From the NCBI GenBank assembly GCA_042852035.1, contig BAAFHK010000002.1, positions 180,001-212,000 on the forward strand: DNA of 32,000 nucleotides, read 5' to 3'. The notes under the pieces were generated by a model. That model ran no database searches. It was given only the letters and a program-made list of their open reading frames with translations, and was not told where the DNA came from. The position numbers were made by a program, and so were the translations under genes. Below are positions 1-11,093 of this stretch, in pieces. The DNA comes from Candidatus Saccharimonadota bacterium (GTDB lineage: Bacteria; Patescibacteriota; Gracilibacteria; BD1-5; UBA2023). Position 1 is the stretch's first letter. Each line of letters begins with the position of its first letter.

Positions 1-881
1 GAGCCCCTATAGGTCATTCTGATAAGGACTTTACCTTTGAAGAAGCTTATAATCTCCATCTTTCTGTGATGAAGGATTTCGATAAGGATTTCCATGATTA
101 TTCGATAAGAATGATCGAAGAAGAGCGTATTGATGCCTTCCCAAGAAAAGGGAAACGAGGAGGAGCCTTTGCAAGTTATAGAAAAGGGGATGAGAGTTTT
201 GTTCTTCTGAATTTTACGGGAAAACTTCGTGATGTCTCGACTATTTCACATGAGCTTGGTCACGCTATCCATGGACACCTCTCTCAAGTACAAGAAGCTC
301 CTGTATACGATTCACCACTTTCGATGGCAGAGACTGCCTCTATATTTTCTGAGATGCTTCTTGGTGAGAAGGTAAAATCTCTGGTATCTGCTGAAGAATA
401 TAAAGATTATCTCAATGAACGACTTTCTGATATTTTTGCGACCATTTTTCGACAGGTTCAGTATGTCATATTTGAGAGGAAGGTCCATGAGATTATCCAT
501 TCTGGACAAGAAGTAACCTATAAAGAACTTAATAGCATGTGGAGAGTTGAGCAAGAGAAGCTCTATGGATGAGTAGTGAAATATGATGTTCCAGGAGAAG
601 AAGAAAGTGGTTGGTCGATGATTCCACATATCTTCCATACACCATTTTACTGTTATGCGTATGCCTTCGGAAATCTTCTCACCTTTGCGCTCTATCATAA
701 GGTGCATGTGGAGAAATCCCTCTCTGTAGAGGATTACAAGGATATTCTTCGTTCCTGAGGCAGTGAACGTCCACGAGATCTTCTAAATAAATACGGTATC
801 GATATTGCTTCCCCAGAGTTTTATCGTGCAGGTCTTGCAGAGGTGGAGCATATGGTAGAGGAGTTTGAGAAACTTATATAA
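1..881 (+). CDS. pepF: Oligoendopeptidase F (M3B zinc metallopeptidase), C-terminal part; the 5' end is outside the window
   Basis: Frame 3 is open from the window edge. HExxH motif '[10 protein letters not shown]'. Track ORFs 66-572 and 576-758 are one frame joined through TGA 570-572 and 759-761. TAA at 879-881. Confidence 0.85.
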
Positions 882-890
882 TTTATAATC

Positions 891-1523
891 ATGCCTCTCA
901 TCCAATCTCCTCTTGCATTCACACTTCCTTGGTATGATGCTGGAATCCCTAAAGGATACTGGCAGGAAAGGGTGGTACCAGGAGGGAAAGTTCTCATGAC
1001 GCTTAACCCAAAAATACCAGGAAAACCTGTCGATAGTGAGTATCTTGGGCTTATAGCATACTCTCCGAACCCTGGTTCGGTCCGATTTACTTGAGATGAA
1101 TTTTTTCCACAATTCTCCGAAGCAGGGTATATTTGACAGTGTGTTGCATTTGCAAAGGCGGTATCTGATCAAAGAAATACCCCCACAAAAGATTGGAAGC
1201 CAGGCATTTCGCTTATCGATTTTGTGAATACTCCTGATGCGAAAAATCTATGAAAATACCAAGGAATGATGATTGCCTGTTTCGATGGAAAATCCGATTA
1301 TTCTCTTGCTTTAGCAAACCGCAAACATGTAGCTATACTTCTCAAGATAAACTTTACATCGACGGGAAAGCCTGAAAGTATTGTTGTCGTTGATCAAAAT
1401 TATTATAACTATGCTCCGTATGATTTTTATGCTTGAAAGATAGTGAAGCATACTATTGTGTGGGGTGCCCCCCTACAAAAAGGGGTAGGGTATGCTAGAA
1501 ATTATCATATTGTGAGTATATAA
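891..1523 (+). CDS. CHAP-domain (NlpC/P60-like) cysteine peptidase/amidase, 210 aa, no signal peptide seen
   Basis: Extends track ORF 891-1094 through 4 in-frame TGA. Cys motif 'GQCVAFAKAV' and downstream 'KHVAILL' His motif are typical of CHAP. TAA at 1521-1523. Confidence 0.6.
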
Positions 1524-2390
1524 ATGAAAACACTTCTTCGTAAAGACATTCCGGAGGACTTTGTTTATTATCGAACAGGATCGATAGTTTTTTTTGAGTA
1601 TTTGAAGCAGTTTCGTACCTATATAGTCCAAAAAGTTCATAAGCGATGAGATTTTTTTTCAGCTACTCAGATTTTTCCTGGATTCTGGTCCATTACTGCA
1701 GAGAAAATTGACACTGAACTTTCGAAGGTGATTCTCAAAAAATATCGAATATTTCATGGAATTATCTGGTGGACTCCCATGAGAAGAATAGCGAAACCAA
1801 AATGATGGTTAGGAATGCCAACCTGGTGGGTGAAACGAGATATTCATTCTTCCCGGAGCGCGTTCTCTATTCTTGATCAAGTAAACTATTGGGAAAAATG
1901 GTCATCTAAGGCACGAGCTCATCGCAGGAAGGTGCTGGAGCATATTGAGAATGGGAGCTTTCGTATAAGAAAAGATGTAACTCTTGATGAATTTCTTTTT
2001 CATTATAAGGAAACCCCAGTCCATGATGGAGATAAGGATTTTCGCCTGAGACTTACAAAAAAACTCTTTCACAATACAAAGACTGATTATAGAATTTATG
2101 TTGTTGAAAAAGAATGAAAGATTCTTGCAGGTGCTCTTTTTATCGATATGGGGACAACGAGTGAGTATTGGGTATCATTTTATCATCGAGATGGATACCC
2201 ACTTCATCTTGGCATAGCCATCATGGATATATGGTTTCTTGACTCTTATGAGAAATGAATAAAATATTGTGACCTTGATCACATGAGGGATACTTGGCAA
2301 TCTTGGTGATACAAAGGATATACAAAATTTAAGGAGGCAATTGCAGATTATGATACGTATTTTCATGATATGTGGATAAAAATTTTCTAA
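1524..2390 (+). CDS. FemAB-family / GNAT-fold (BioF2-like) acyl- or aminoacyl-transferase-like protein, 288 aa
   Basis: ATG abuts the previous stop. Same frame as track ORF 1815-2117, with 5 in-frame TGA. C-terminal block 'RIYVVEKEGKILAGALFIDMGTTSEYWVSFYHRDGYPLHLGIAIMDIWFLDSYEKGIKYCDLD' resembles the FemAB/acetyltransf_6 core. Family call is from pattern memory only. Confidence 0.45.
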
Positions 2391-2406
2391 TCATACTTTT
2401 CATACT

Positions 2407-3780
2407 ATGGATTATTCAATTCTCTCTCGCTCATACGATCTTCGTGGAATTTACGAAATAGATATTGATGAGGATTTCTTTTTTCGTCTTGGATATGCTT
2501 TTGTCCGAGTTATAGGGAAGAGTCGTATTGCTCTTGGGTATGATGCCCGAATTTCTTCACCAATACTAAAAGACGCATTTACCCGTGGTGCAAATCTCGC
2601 AGGATCTACCATTATTGATATTGGAATGTGTTCTTCGGATATGCTTTCTTTTGTCACCTGCCATTATGGTGATATCGAAGCTTGAGTTATGATAACGGCC
2701 TCTCATAATCCAAAGGAATATAATGGAATGAAATGCCTTGCTCACTCTGGTGAGCCATATAATTTAAAAAAATATGGCCCCGATATGATTCGTATCATGA
2801 ATGAAATGAATCCATTGAGTTCAGGAACCATAGAAAAGATGGTTGAAAGCAAAGATATACTTGATGATTGGGTGAATCACATTCTTACATTTACATGAAG
2901 GGGAATTGATTTTTCAAAGTATCGAATTGTTGCTGATTGAGGAAATGGGGTTGCATGAATTTTTATGGGTCGACTCAGTGAAAAAGCAGGTTTTCATCTT
3001 GTTCCACTCTACCTCAATCCTGATGGAAATTTCCCAAATCATCATCCCAACCCAATTCTTGCTAAAAATCGAGAAGAGGCTCGAAATGTTATTCTTTCTT
3101 GAGAGGCAGATCTTGGATTTTGTTTCGATGGTGATGCTGACCGTATTATGATACTTGATGACGAGTGAAAGACTCTTACATCTTGAATTATTTCATCCAT
3201 AATTGTGAAGATGCTTGATAAGAAGTTTCCTCATGCAACATATTTAGGAAACACAACAGTTGCTCATATATTTCGAGATACAGTAAGTGAAATCGGTGCT
3301 TCTTATGAGAAGGAAATGGTCGGGCATGTCTATATCCGTGAGCATATGATGAAGAATAAAAATATCGTATATGCAGGAGAGCACTCGGCACACTATTTTT
3401 TTCGGGATAATTACTATATGGATAGTGGTATAGTTGCTGGAATGGTATTTCTTGCTCTCATTGCAGAGTCAGGCATGAAGATATCAGAAGTTATTAAAGA
3501 GTATGAAAAGTATGTTACACTTGAAGAGACAAATTTTGAGGTAAATGACCCAAAAGGCTCTATAGAGAAACTTTCACAAATATACAAAAATGAAAATTGC
3601 GATCTTTCTGATTGAATAACGGTTGAGTATGACGATGGAAGTTGGTGGAACTTTCGACCATCTTCAAATGAGCCACTCCTCAGACTCAATATGGAAGCAA
3701 AATCTCAGGAGAGATTCGATCAGCTCTATGCTGAAATAATGGAACATATAAGAAATTTTTGAAAAGCGAGTGAAAATTAA
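2407..3780 (+). CDS. Phosphomannomutase/phosphoglucomutase (alpha-D-phosphohexomutase), 457 aa
   Basis: Joins track ORFs 2407-2685, 2689-2898 and 3205-3615 in one frame (9 in-frame TGA). Active-site loop is [TGA=G]VMITASHNP. Mg site 'FCFDGDADR'. Sugar loop 'GEHSAHYFF'. TAA at 3778-3780. Confidence 0.9.
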
Positions 3781-3793
3781 CAATAATCACGCC

Positions 3794-3822
3794 TTGAAAA
3801 CTGTGTAAAAATATGCTAGAAT
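3794..3822 (+). promoter_or_regulatory. Sigma70-like promoter: TTGAAA, 17-nt spacer, TAGAAT with extended -10 TG
   Basis: ttgaaa at 3794-3799. 17-nt spacer ending in 'tgc'. tagaat at 3817-3822. It lies 14 nt upstream of ATG 3837 and there is no Shine-Dalgarno sequence. Confidence 0.45.
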
Positions 3823-3836
3823 ATGAGCATATTTTT

Positions 3837-4613
3837 ATGGTCACAAAAGAAGAACTCATTCTTGAAAATGAACTCCTCAAAAAAAAGCTAGCTCTTGCAG
3901 AGGCTTGGATGAGGAGAGAGGTGGCAGCCCAACAAAGAATAATCTCTAGAGATTCTATTAAAGTATGAAAAAGAAATCAACTACATAATGTTTTGGAGAG
4001 AGAAAGTATTGATATTCTTACCAGAAAGATAGACGCTTATTTTGGTGATGGTTTATCAAGTGCTCCAAAATACACACTTGAACATCTCATAGATGCTGAA
4101 ATTTATTGGCAAACGCTTCAGAAATTTCCTACTCTTGACGCTCTTCCTGTGGTGAGTTCGTATCAGAAAATTCTCGATGCTTTTTTCGAACTTATTTTAT
4201 ATAAATTTCGAATATCGATTCCAAAAAATCAAAATCTTAAGAACCCAATTAAGAATGATTCCACTTTAGATAAAGATATCAAAAATGTTATAGAGAAACA
4301 CTATACTTTATCACTAGGGAGATGGTTCCAGTTTTTCGAGAAAGTCCGTGCTTGAAGTGAATTTGGTTGAATCCATGAAGATTTACTGTTGGTTTATCTT
4401 TCTGATAATTACAAAGAGCTTCTTGAAGTCTGCATTACTGATCCGGTATTTTCTTGATTTGAGAAACTTATTGCATTAGAAGTATTTGGTCGTAAACGAC
4501 ATAATTCGAAAATTTCATATATGGATGCCAAAAAAGTAAGAGAGGTGTGTGTCGGGGGGTATGTAAATCCTGGAATTATTCAATTCCTGTTTCAGTCGAG
4601 AGAACCTAAATAA
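3837..4613 (+). CDS. Hypothetical protein, 258 aa, with an N-terminal coiled-coil-like segment
   Basis: ATG 3837 is in frame with track ORF 3993-4355 and continues through 4 TGA to TAA 4611-4613. No family recognised. Confidence 0.6.
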
Positions 4614-4697
4614 TTTATCCTAAAACATGAAAATCCTGTTTTTTGCTAAATCTTCTAAAATCTATACTATGGGTATATTATTAGGCTATTATTCTTT

Positions 4698-5168
4698 ATG
4701 ATTTTTTTAGGGATAGACCCATGAACGGCTACTACTGGTTTTGCTCTTCTTGAGAGAGAATGACGAGTAATTCGGGTGATAGAATATTGAGTTATAGAAA
4801 CAAAGGCTGGGCTCTCTTTATCCGAGAGGCTCGTACAAATTAGTTCCGATCTAAAAGAACTTCTTGATACATATAATCCAAATTTTTGTGGAATCGAGAG
4901 ATTATTTTTTCTCAGAAATGTAACCAATGGGATTGATGTTGCGCATGCTCGATGAGTAATTCTTCATACGATCGCTTCCCGATGAATTCCACTTTTTGAA
5001 TTTACCCCACTACAGGTAAAGCAGGGAATTGCGGGAAATGGTTTTGCTAAAAAACCTCAAGTTCAGAAGGCTCTCCAGATTGTTTTGAAGCTACAAGATA
5101 TTCCTAGACCTGATGATGCTGCCGATGCACTCGCGATAGCATATCTTACCAGTTTAAAGGTTCGATAA
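4698..5168 (+). CDS. ruvC: Crossover junction endodeoxyribonuclease RuvC, 156 aa
   Basis: 'MIFLGIDP[TGA=G][10 protein letters not shown]' at the N-terminus. Catalytic 'GIERLFF' and '[13 protein letters not shown]'. Not present in the track because of 5 in-frame TGA. TAA at 5166-5168. Confidence 0.9.
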
Positions 5169-5214
5169 AATTTTTCTTGCTTTCCGCACCTTCTAGCATA
5201 CAATTCACTAAAGT

Positions 5215-6012
5215 ATGATAGAAGCATTAGCACAAACATTCCAAGTCAGCCCCTTTGATGTTATGTTAGGTGGAGGTATACTTATTCTCTCTGGTATACT
5301 TTACTATACCATATCTCTTCATCGACTTTTTGAGGCCGCATTTGGTGCTATTATTGGTATTTGAGTGTATATTTTGCTTTCGGTGTTGTTGATTTGAGAT
5401 CCTCATCTTTGATCTGAGGGGGGAATTTTTCCACTTGGCTTCTCGGTATTTCTCGTAAGTATCTCAGTCTATTTAGTGTTTATATTGGCAATAATTTTTC
5501 CACTTCATTGAGGTCTTATTATTTCTGAACCAACGCATCCAACTCTCTATACAATATTGTTTTTTTTCGTTTCAGTCTTTCTCTTTTTTGCGCTCGGATC
5601 TGTTATTGTTTACATGGTTGAGCAAAGCTATGTTTTCAAAGTATGAAATATATTCACATGGCTAAAGGACTGATCTTTTTATCTAAATGTAATAAAGCCG
5701 TCAGCATTTTATAGCTTTGTTATGAGTCATCAATATGCTATTATCCCACTGGCAGTTGTTTTGATGCTTTATAAGCTCCTTCTGGCAAATATTGTAACAG
5801 CTGCCGTGCTTTCAGTATGGTATAATCTTGCGAATGTATGATTTTATAGAAAAAAGGAAGATTCTCACTATCGAGTAGAATTTCATGAAGTTTGAGGTTC
5901 TTCTTGATGACACTGATGAGGCCATGATGATCATTGACATGGTGGGGGGCATGCTGATGCTGGCCATGATGACCATTGACATGGCGGAGGTCACGGATGA
6001 TGACATCATTAA
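5215..6012 (+). CDS. Polytopic membrane protein (about 6 TM, possibly CvpA-like) with a C-terminal His/Gly-rich tail, 265 aa
   Basis: Frame 1 is open from 5215 to 6012 with 16 in-frame TGA. Hydrophobic helices run throughout. The tail reads 'HEVGGSSGGHGGGHDDHGHGGGHADAGHDDHGHGGGHGGGHH'. TAA at 6010-6012. Confidence 0.7.
5920..6003 (+). repeat. Imperfect 42-nt tandem duplication (2 units) inside the His/Gly tail
   Basis: Unit 1 (5920-5961) is ggccatgatgatcattgacatggtggggggcatgctgatgct. Unit 2 (5962-6003) is ggccatgatgaccattgacatggcggaggtcacggatgatga. Each unit encodes GHDDHGHGGGH... Confidence 0.8.
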
Positions 6013-6067
6013 TTCAACATTCTTTTAATATTTTCCCTTAAAATCCATTTAATAATTTCTTTCAATT

Positions 6068-6994
6068 ATGACAAAAGAAGGACGATTTGAAGAAAAGATA
6101 CTTTATAGAGCTCATCAACATTGGATAGTTCTGGCAATGAACTTATTGCGATATATTCTTTATTTTTCGTTCCCAACAGGAATCATAGCATACCTCATTT
6201 TATGATCATGAATTGGAGGGTGAATTGTATTTATCATTGTGAGTCTCGTTGTGATTATTTATGATCACTATCTTTGGCATCACTCATGGTTATTAATAGG
6301 AAACCAGAAGATTACACTCACAGTAAGAAATGGCCTATTTTCACAATATGCCATGAACATTCGATATAGGAATATTCGTGATAGTGCTGTCTCAAAAAAT
6401 AACTTACTGTGATATATATTTAAATACGGTACAATTTTTGTTCGCTCGAGCGCAAATGAAGGAGATTTTCAAGCCCATTATGTTCCAAAAGTAGGGAAAG
6501 TATATGCAATTATAAATGCTCTTTCTCGATATTCTGATGATGAAAGAGCAACTATTCATACTATTGAAGAGCTCTATGCTCACCATCAGAAATCAGAATT
6601 CTCTCAAGGATCTTCTCAATCTATGGATATTAATAGGGCTATTTCGACCCTCCAAACAATCGAATGAATTACAGAAGTTATAGAGTTGAGTGATGAGGCT
6701 CGGAAATATATTCGAAACCATGAAGAAATTCGAAATACCTGAGTTCTTGAGACTATAAGCAGGGATCATGTTGTAGTTTTTCTTCATAATTCGCATTTTA
6801 GAAATCCAGTTGAGCCAATTGTAACGAAGAATAATTCAGAAGAGATTTACTTTCCTGGGATTCCATTTCCAGAGATTCAGTGAAAGCGGGTAGTATCTTC
6901 TTCTCCTGGTAAGAAGGTGCATGAATACCTTCTGAATTTCTTCCCATATCATCAGACTGATGATGCGACGGTGCTTGTTGGATGGGATGTATAG
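6068..6994 (+). CDS. Membrane protein with a bacterial PH (bPH/YdbS-YdbT-like) domain, 308 aa
   Basis: Frame 2 is open with 8 in-frame TGA. N-terminal 'YRAHQHWIVLAMNLLRYILYFSFPTGIIAYLILGSGIGGGIVFIIVSLVVIIYDHYLWHHSWLLIGNQKITL' shows the two-TM plus bPH pattern. TAG at 6992-6994. Confidence 0.55.
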
Positions 6995-7000
6995 TTATCT

Positions 7001-7999
7001 ATGAAAATAAAATCTTTCATCATCCTTGTAAGTATTTTCATACTTTCGAGTTGTTTTTCTGATTATTTTGATCACTGGGAAGGTGAAAATACTGAGCCAA
7101 AGATTTCTTCGATTTATCCTTGAGATTTGACAGGAGAGCTTATTATTTTGCCGAGTAAAGACGCACTGAGCAGTTTGGTAGAAAAAATTTCCCAAGCAAA
7201 AAATCGTATATGGGTCGAGACTTATACCTGGACTGAGAAAACTACTCTTGAAGCCGTAAAGAATGCCTGAAAAAATGGAAGAGATGTACGGGTTATTCTT
7301 GAGGGAAATGTTTATTGAACGCCTCGGGTAAATGATAATGCTGTAGACCTAATGAAAGAAAATGGTATTTCAGTTGTATATGCAAGTAGTGACTATGCAT
7401 TTACTCATATGAAAATGTGGATCATAGATAATGAATGGTGTATAAGTACAGGAAATTGGTCACTTTCAACTTTTACAAAGAATAGGGAATTTATTTTCTG
7501 TAGTTCAGATAGATCTATTCTTCATTCCCTTGAAGAAATATTTCTCGCAGATTATAAATACCTTCCTCCAATTTTTCGAACCTATTGATTAGATACAAGA
7601 ATTTGACTTGCACCATTAAATCTCAGGAGCTTCCTTGAAGAGAATATTAAAAATGCGAAAAATGAAATTATTCTTTATAATCAGTCTATATCTGATGAAA
7701 GAATCCTCCAGTTGCTTTCTATAAAGGATAAAGAAAAAGTGAATGTTGAATTGTGTCAGTCATCAAAGTCAAATACTTGATCAATGATAAAATCTTTGCC
7801 CTATTTTACGAGTAATGAACCCTATCTTCATGCTAAAGTGTATCTTATTGATGGTAAAAATATCCTTCTCTGAAGTGCTAATATGACACAAAATGCAATT
7901 GATAATAACCGAGAAATTATGATAAAGATTGAAAATAACAAAAATATCTATGATAAAATCAAAAATCTCTACAATATTGATTGCAAAAGGCAATACTAA
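7001..7999 (+). CDS. Phospholipase D / cardiolipin-synthase / Nuc-family lipoprotein with two HKD motifs, 332 aa
   Basis: Lipobox 'FILSSC'. HKD 1 is 'HMKMWIIDNEWCISTGNWS'. HKD 2 is 'HAKVYLIDGKNILL[TGA=G]SANMT'. Same frame as track ORF 7352-7588. TAA at 7997-7999. Confidence 0.8.
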
Positions 8000-8072
8000 A
8001 TCTTATTTTTTGCTTGAGTATTTTGCAAAATAATCAACTTTTTGCTACAATAATGAGAGTCGTTACCATTTT

Positions 8073-10427
8073 ATGAATAAAGCATTCTATAATATTCTCA
8101 TTTTTTGTTTTGCAGTAGGTGTTTCTGTAGCTTTTTCAGTATCCACTATTACTATCTGATCAAATCAACAAATCGTAACCAAGAAAGTAACAGAAGAGAT
8201 TGTATGGAGTAAAATAACACCAGTAACCCCGCCTTGAGGGGGTTATGATATAAATACAGAGAAAATTGAGAACATTTCCGCCCAATCATTCTCACAAAAT
8301 ACCCCAATACTGGTTGATTTTTGAAGGCTTAGCTCTTTTTTATATAATTCAACCCAGTGATCTCAGTCGTGAATTCTTCAAAAGATAAATGGTTCAGGAA
8401 TCCTTATAGGTGAGGTTTCAGGTATTGTTTCTCTCTATGATCTATTCATGATGTATACCATTTATGATAATAAAGATCGATTTAGAATTGATCAAATTAC
8501 AAATGGAAGTTTCTATATAGGAAAGGAGAAAGAAGAGAATTGAGTTCAAAAAATTAGCATATATGCGATTGATTGAGTTGCACGCCTCACATTTCTATAT
8601 AACAATGAAGAAATGACAAGTCTTGTTCTCTTTCCTTGATCATATATTCGATTTGATCCGAGTCGAAATAGGTCTCTTAAGGGTGCAGATTTATTTCGTA
8701 CAATATTATCCCTCAAGGAGAGTGAGAATGAAGTATTTGAATTTGTGAATCCACGTGTAAATATCGGCCAGGAAGATGCATTCTTTAATTATAGACTCTC
8801 TTCTCCGGAATCGATGAGACTTTTTCGTATCCTTTCGGCACAATCTCGTAAAAGGGTTGAGGCTACTTCTGATAAGAAGAGGAAAATTAATATTATAAGT
8901 AATCAATGATCAACAGAGAGTCAGTGGCTTCTTAATCCAAGTAAGAAAGATCATAATATGCTCGTCAGACTTTCTGAGCTTTTGTCACATGTTATTACAA
9001 AGAAAGATTCAGAGAGGCAGATTACTGAAATTTCTAAAATATATAACGAGGCAAAAAATCTAAAGTTGAAGGACGCAACGGCAAAATGATTAGTTGAGCA
9101 ATTCCTTCTTGACGGTCGTTTCGAGGTCTACGGATGAGTTGCAAATAGCAAGTACCAGGCTTTCTATGAACAAATCGGTGAGCTTATTGGTATTAAGGCT
9201 GGCACTGGACAAAGTCGCCTTCTCCAAAGTCTTGCAGATATTTACTCGAGAAATCTATTTTCTCAAAATCGAACCGAAAAAAGTATATTAATCGATACCT
9301 ATACGCCTACTGCTTGAGAGCTCACAAAGACACTCGACCAAAATGATGTCTACCAGAAAGAATACTTTGATATTGCCATATATGCATTTAATATTCTCCG
9401 AAAGATGGAAAGATCAGTGGCTCTACTTAATAGTGAAGCAATGACAAATTCGGCGACTTATAGCTATTTTGTAACATTCTTTCGCGCTGCAAACCGCTAT
9501 ATAGAATCAATTACCGATCTTGATAAGAAACAGCAAACAATTATGAGCTTTTCCCGTCAATTCTACGACTATATACTCACAACAATTGTAAATTCACTCT
9601 ATAAGAACTTTACCATTATTGAAGATAAGGCGCTTTACCTTGCTCGAGATTATAGGGAGGGGATTAAGGTGAAAATTCCTGATGACATTCTGAATTGAAT
9701 TCAATCTGTTCAATCAAGCGTAGAATATATGACTCCTTCGATTGATGCCCTATGGACTTCATCATGACAAACTGATGAAGATACAAATACAATAGATCGA
9801 ATTCATAAAAATATCGTTCGCTTAAGGGCATTTATGACCCTCATAGATTCAGAATGATATAAATCATATGCAGAGAGTCCATATCAATATGATGATCTCG
9901 CCTGAGAAAAATGATTAGTTCTTCCTCAATTAAATGAAGAATGAACTGAGATTGTAAGGCTCGATAAAAAAATGGTTGAAAAACTTCGAAATCAGAAGAT
10001 TATCACAACAGATCCTCGAATTGCTGAACTCAAGAAAATATGGACGAGTGCTGATGCTTCAAATTGGTGAATTGAATCGGATAATATTAGAATTATTGAT
10101 GCGCCATATCAAGTAGCTCGAACAGATGGTGAAAACTCAGATATTCTTATGTCATTTCTCTATAAGGATAAGACCTTTACTGAGGGAATTATAAAGTATT
10201 GAGATCGTACTATAACAGTATATGTCCCAACTTGAGAATTCTTAACTATTTCTCAGCTCTATGGGTTCCTTTCTGAGGTATGATCTTATCTTGATACGAT
10301 TGATACCCAACTAGTGGATTATACGGGAGAAACTTGAGAAATACGAATGTATCCATTGAAGCAAAGAGTATTTGTTCGAGGAAGTATTTATCCAGTAGCC
10401 GTAGGTTTAGGAAATACAAAAAAATAG
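8073..10427 (+). CDS. Large N-terminally anchored hypothetical protein, 784 aa
   Basis: Checked codon by codon. Frame 0 is open from ATG 8073 (in-frame TAA at 8031) to TAG 10425-10427, with about 27 in-frame TGA. Includes track ORF 9405-9698. N-terminal TM is 'FYNILIFCFAVGVSVAFSVSTITI'. No P-loop or other motif recognised. Confidence 0.75.
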
Positions 10428-10445
10428 TATCCATATGATACTATT
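10423..10445. terminator. Bidirectional rho-independent terminator shared by convergent genes
   Basis: 9-bp stem aatagtatc/gatactatt with loop catat. An A7 run lies upstream (a T7 run for the minus-strand trmD transcript) and T-rich sequence lies downstream. Both stop codons (10425-10427 plus strand, 10441-10443 minus strand) sit in the stem. Confidence 0.6.
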
Positions 10446-11091
10446 CTCTATTTTCTCTTTTCCATTTTTCGATTTCTTTCATGTTTCCAGAAAGAAGAAC
10501 TCATGGAACTTTGAGTCATTCAAAATTTTCTGGCCTTGAATACTGAGGATATTCTTTTTGTCTCTCAAGAAAAGGAGAAAAAGATTCTTCTTTTATTGAA
10601 TCAGTGCTTAAAACTCAAGGTATAAGTCGAACAACAGAATCAATCCATACGAGACTTGCAAGCTCGCCACTTGATATAATATATTCTCCAAGGGAGAATG
10701 TTTCGATAGGGAAGAGTTGAAATATTCGTTCATCAACCCCTTCATAATGAGGACAAATAATACAAAACGGTGTAGTACTTTCCTGAACATTATTTTCAAT
10801 ATCTTCTTGTTTGAGTACCTTTCATCTTGGAGAAGGGAGAATAAATCGCATTTTTCAATACATACTCTCGAGATCTCTGAGTGCATGAGTAAGGGGTTCT
10901 ATAGTAAGAACTGTTCATGGGAATCAGCCATAAGGTCTATCGTCTACTCGTCTTGTATTTCTTACGGTCCAATCCGTCAGATTATGAAGTTTATATTGAA
11001 AGAGCCCCTTTTCTTGGGCTCTTTTCATGATACTACTTTCAAGATATGGACGTATACTTTCGGGAAATAAGGAAAGGATATGAATTTCCAT
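10441..11091 (-). CDS. trmD: tRNA (guanine37-N1)-methyltransferase TrmD, 216 aa
   Basis: 'MEIHILSLFPESIRPYLESSIMKRA', 'VDDRPYG[TGA=G]FP[TGA=G]' and 'YILSSGELASLVWIDSVVRLIPGVL'. Length is 651 nt, in frame. TAG stop. Confidence 0.9.
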
Positions 11092-11093
11092 TA

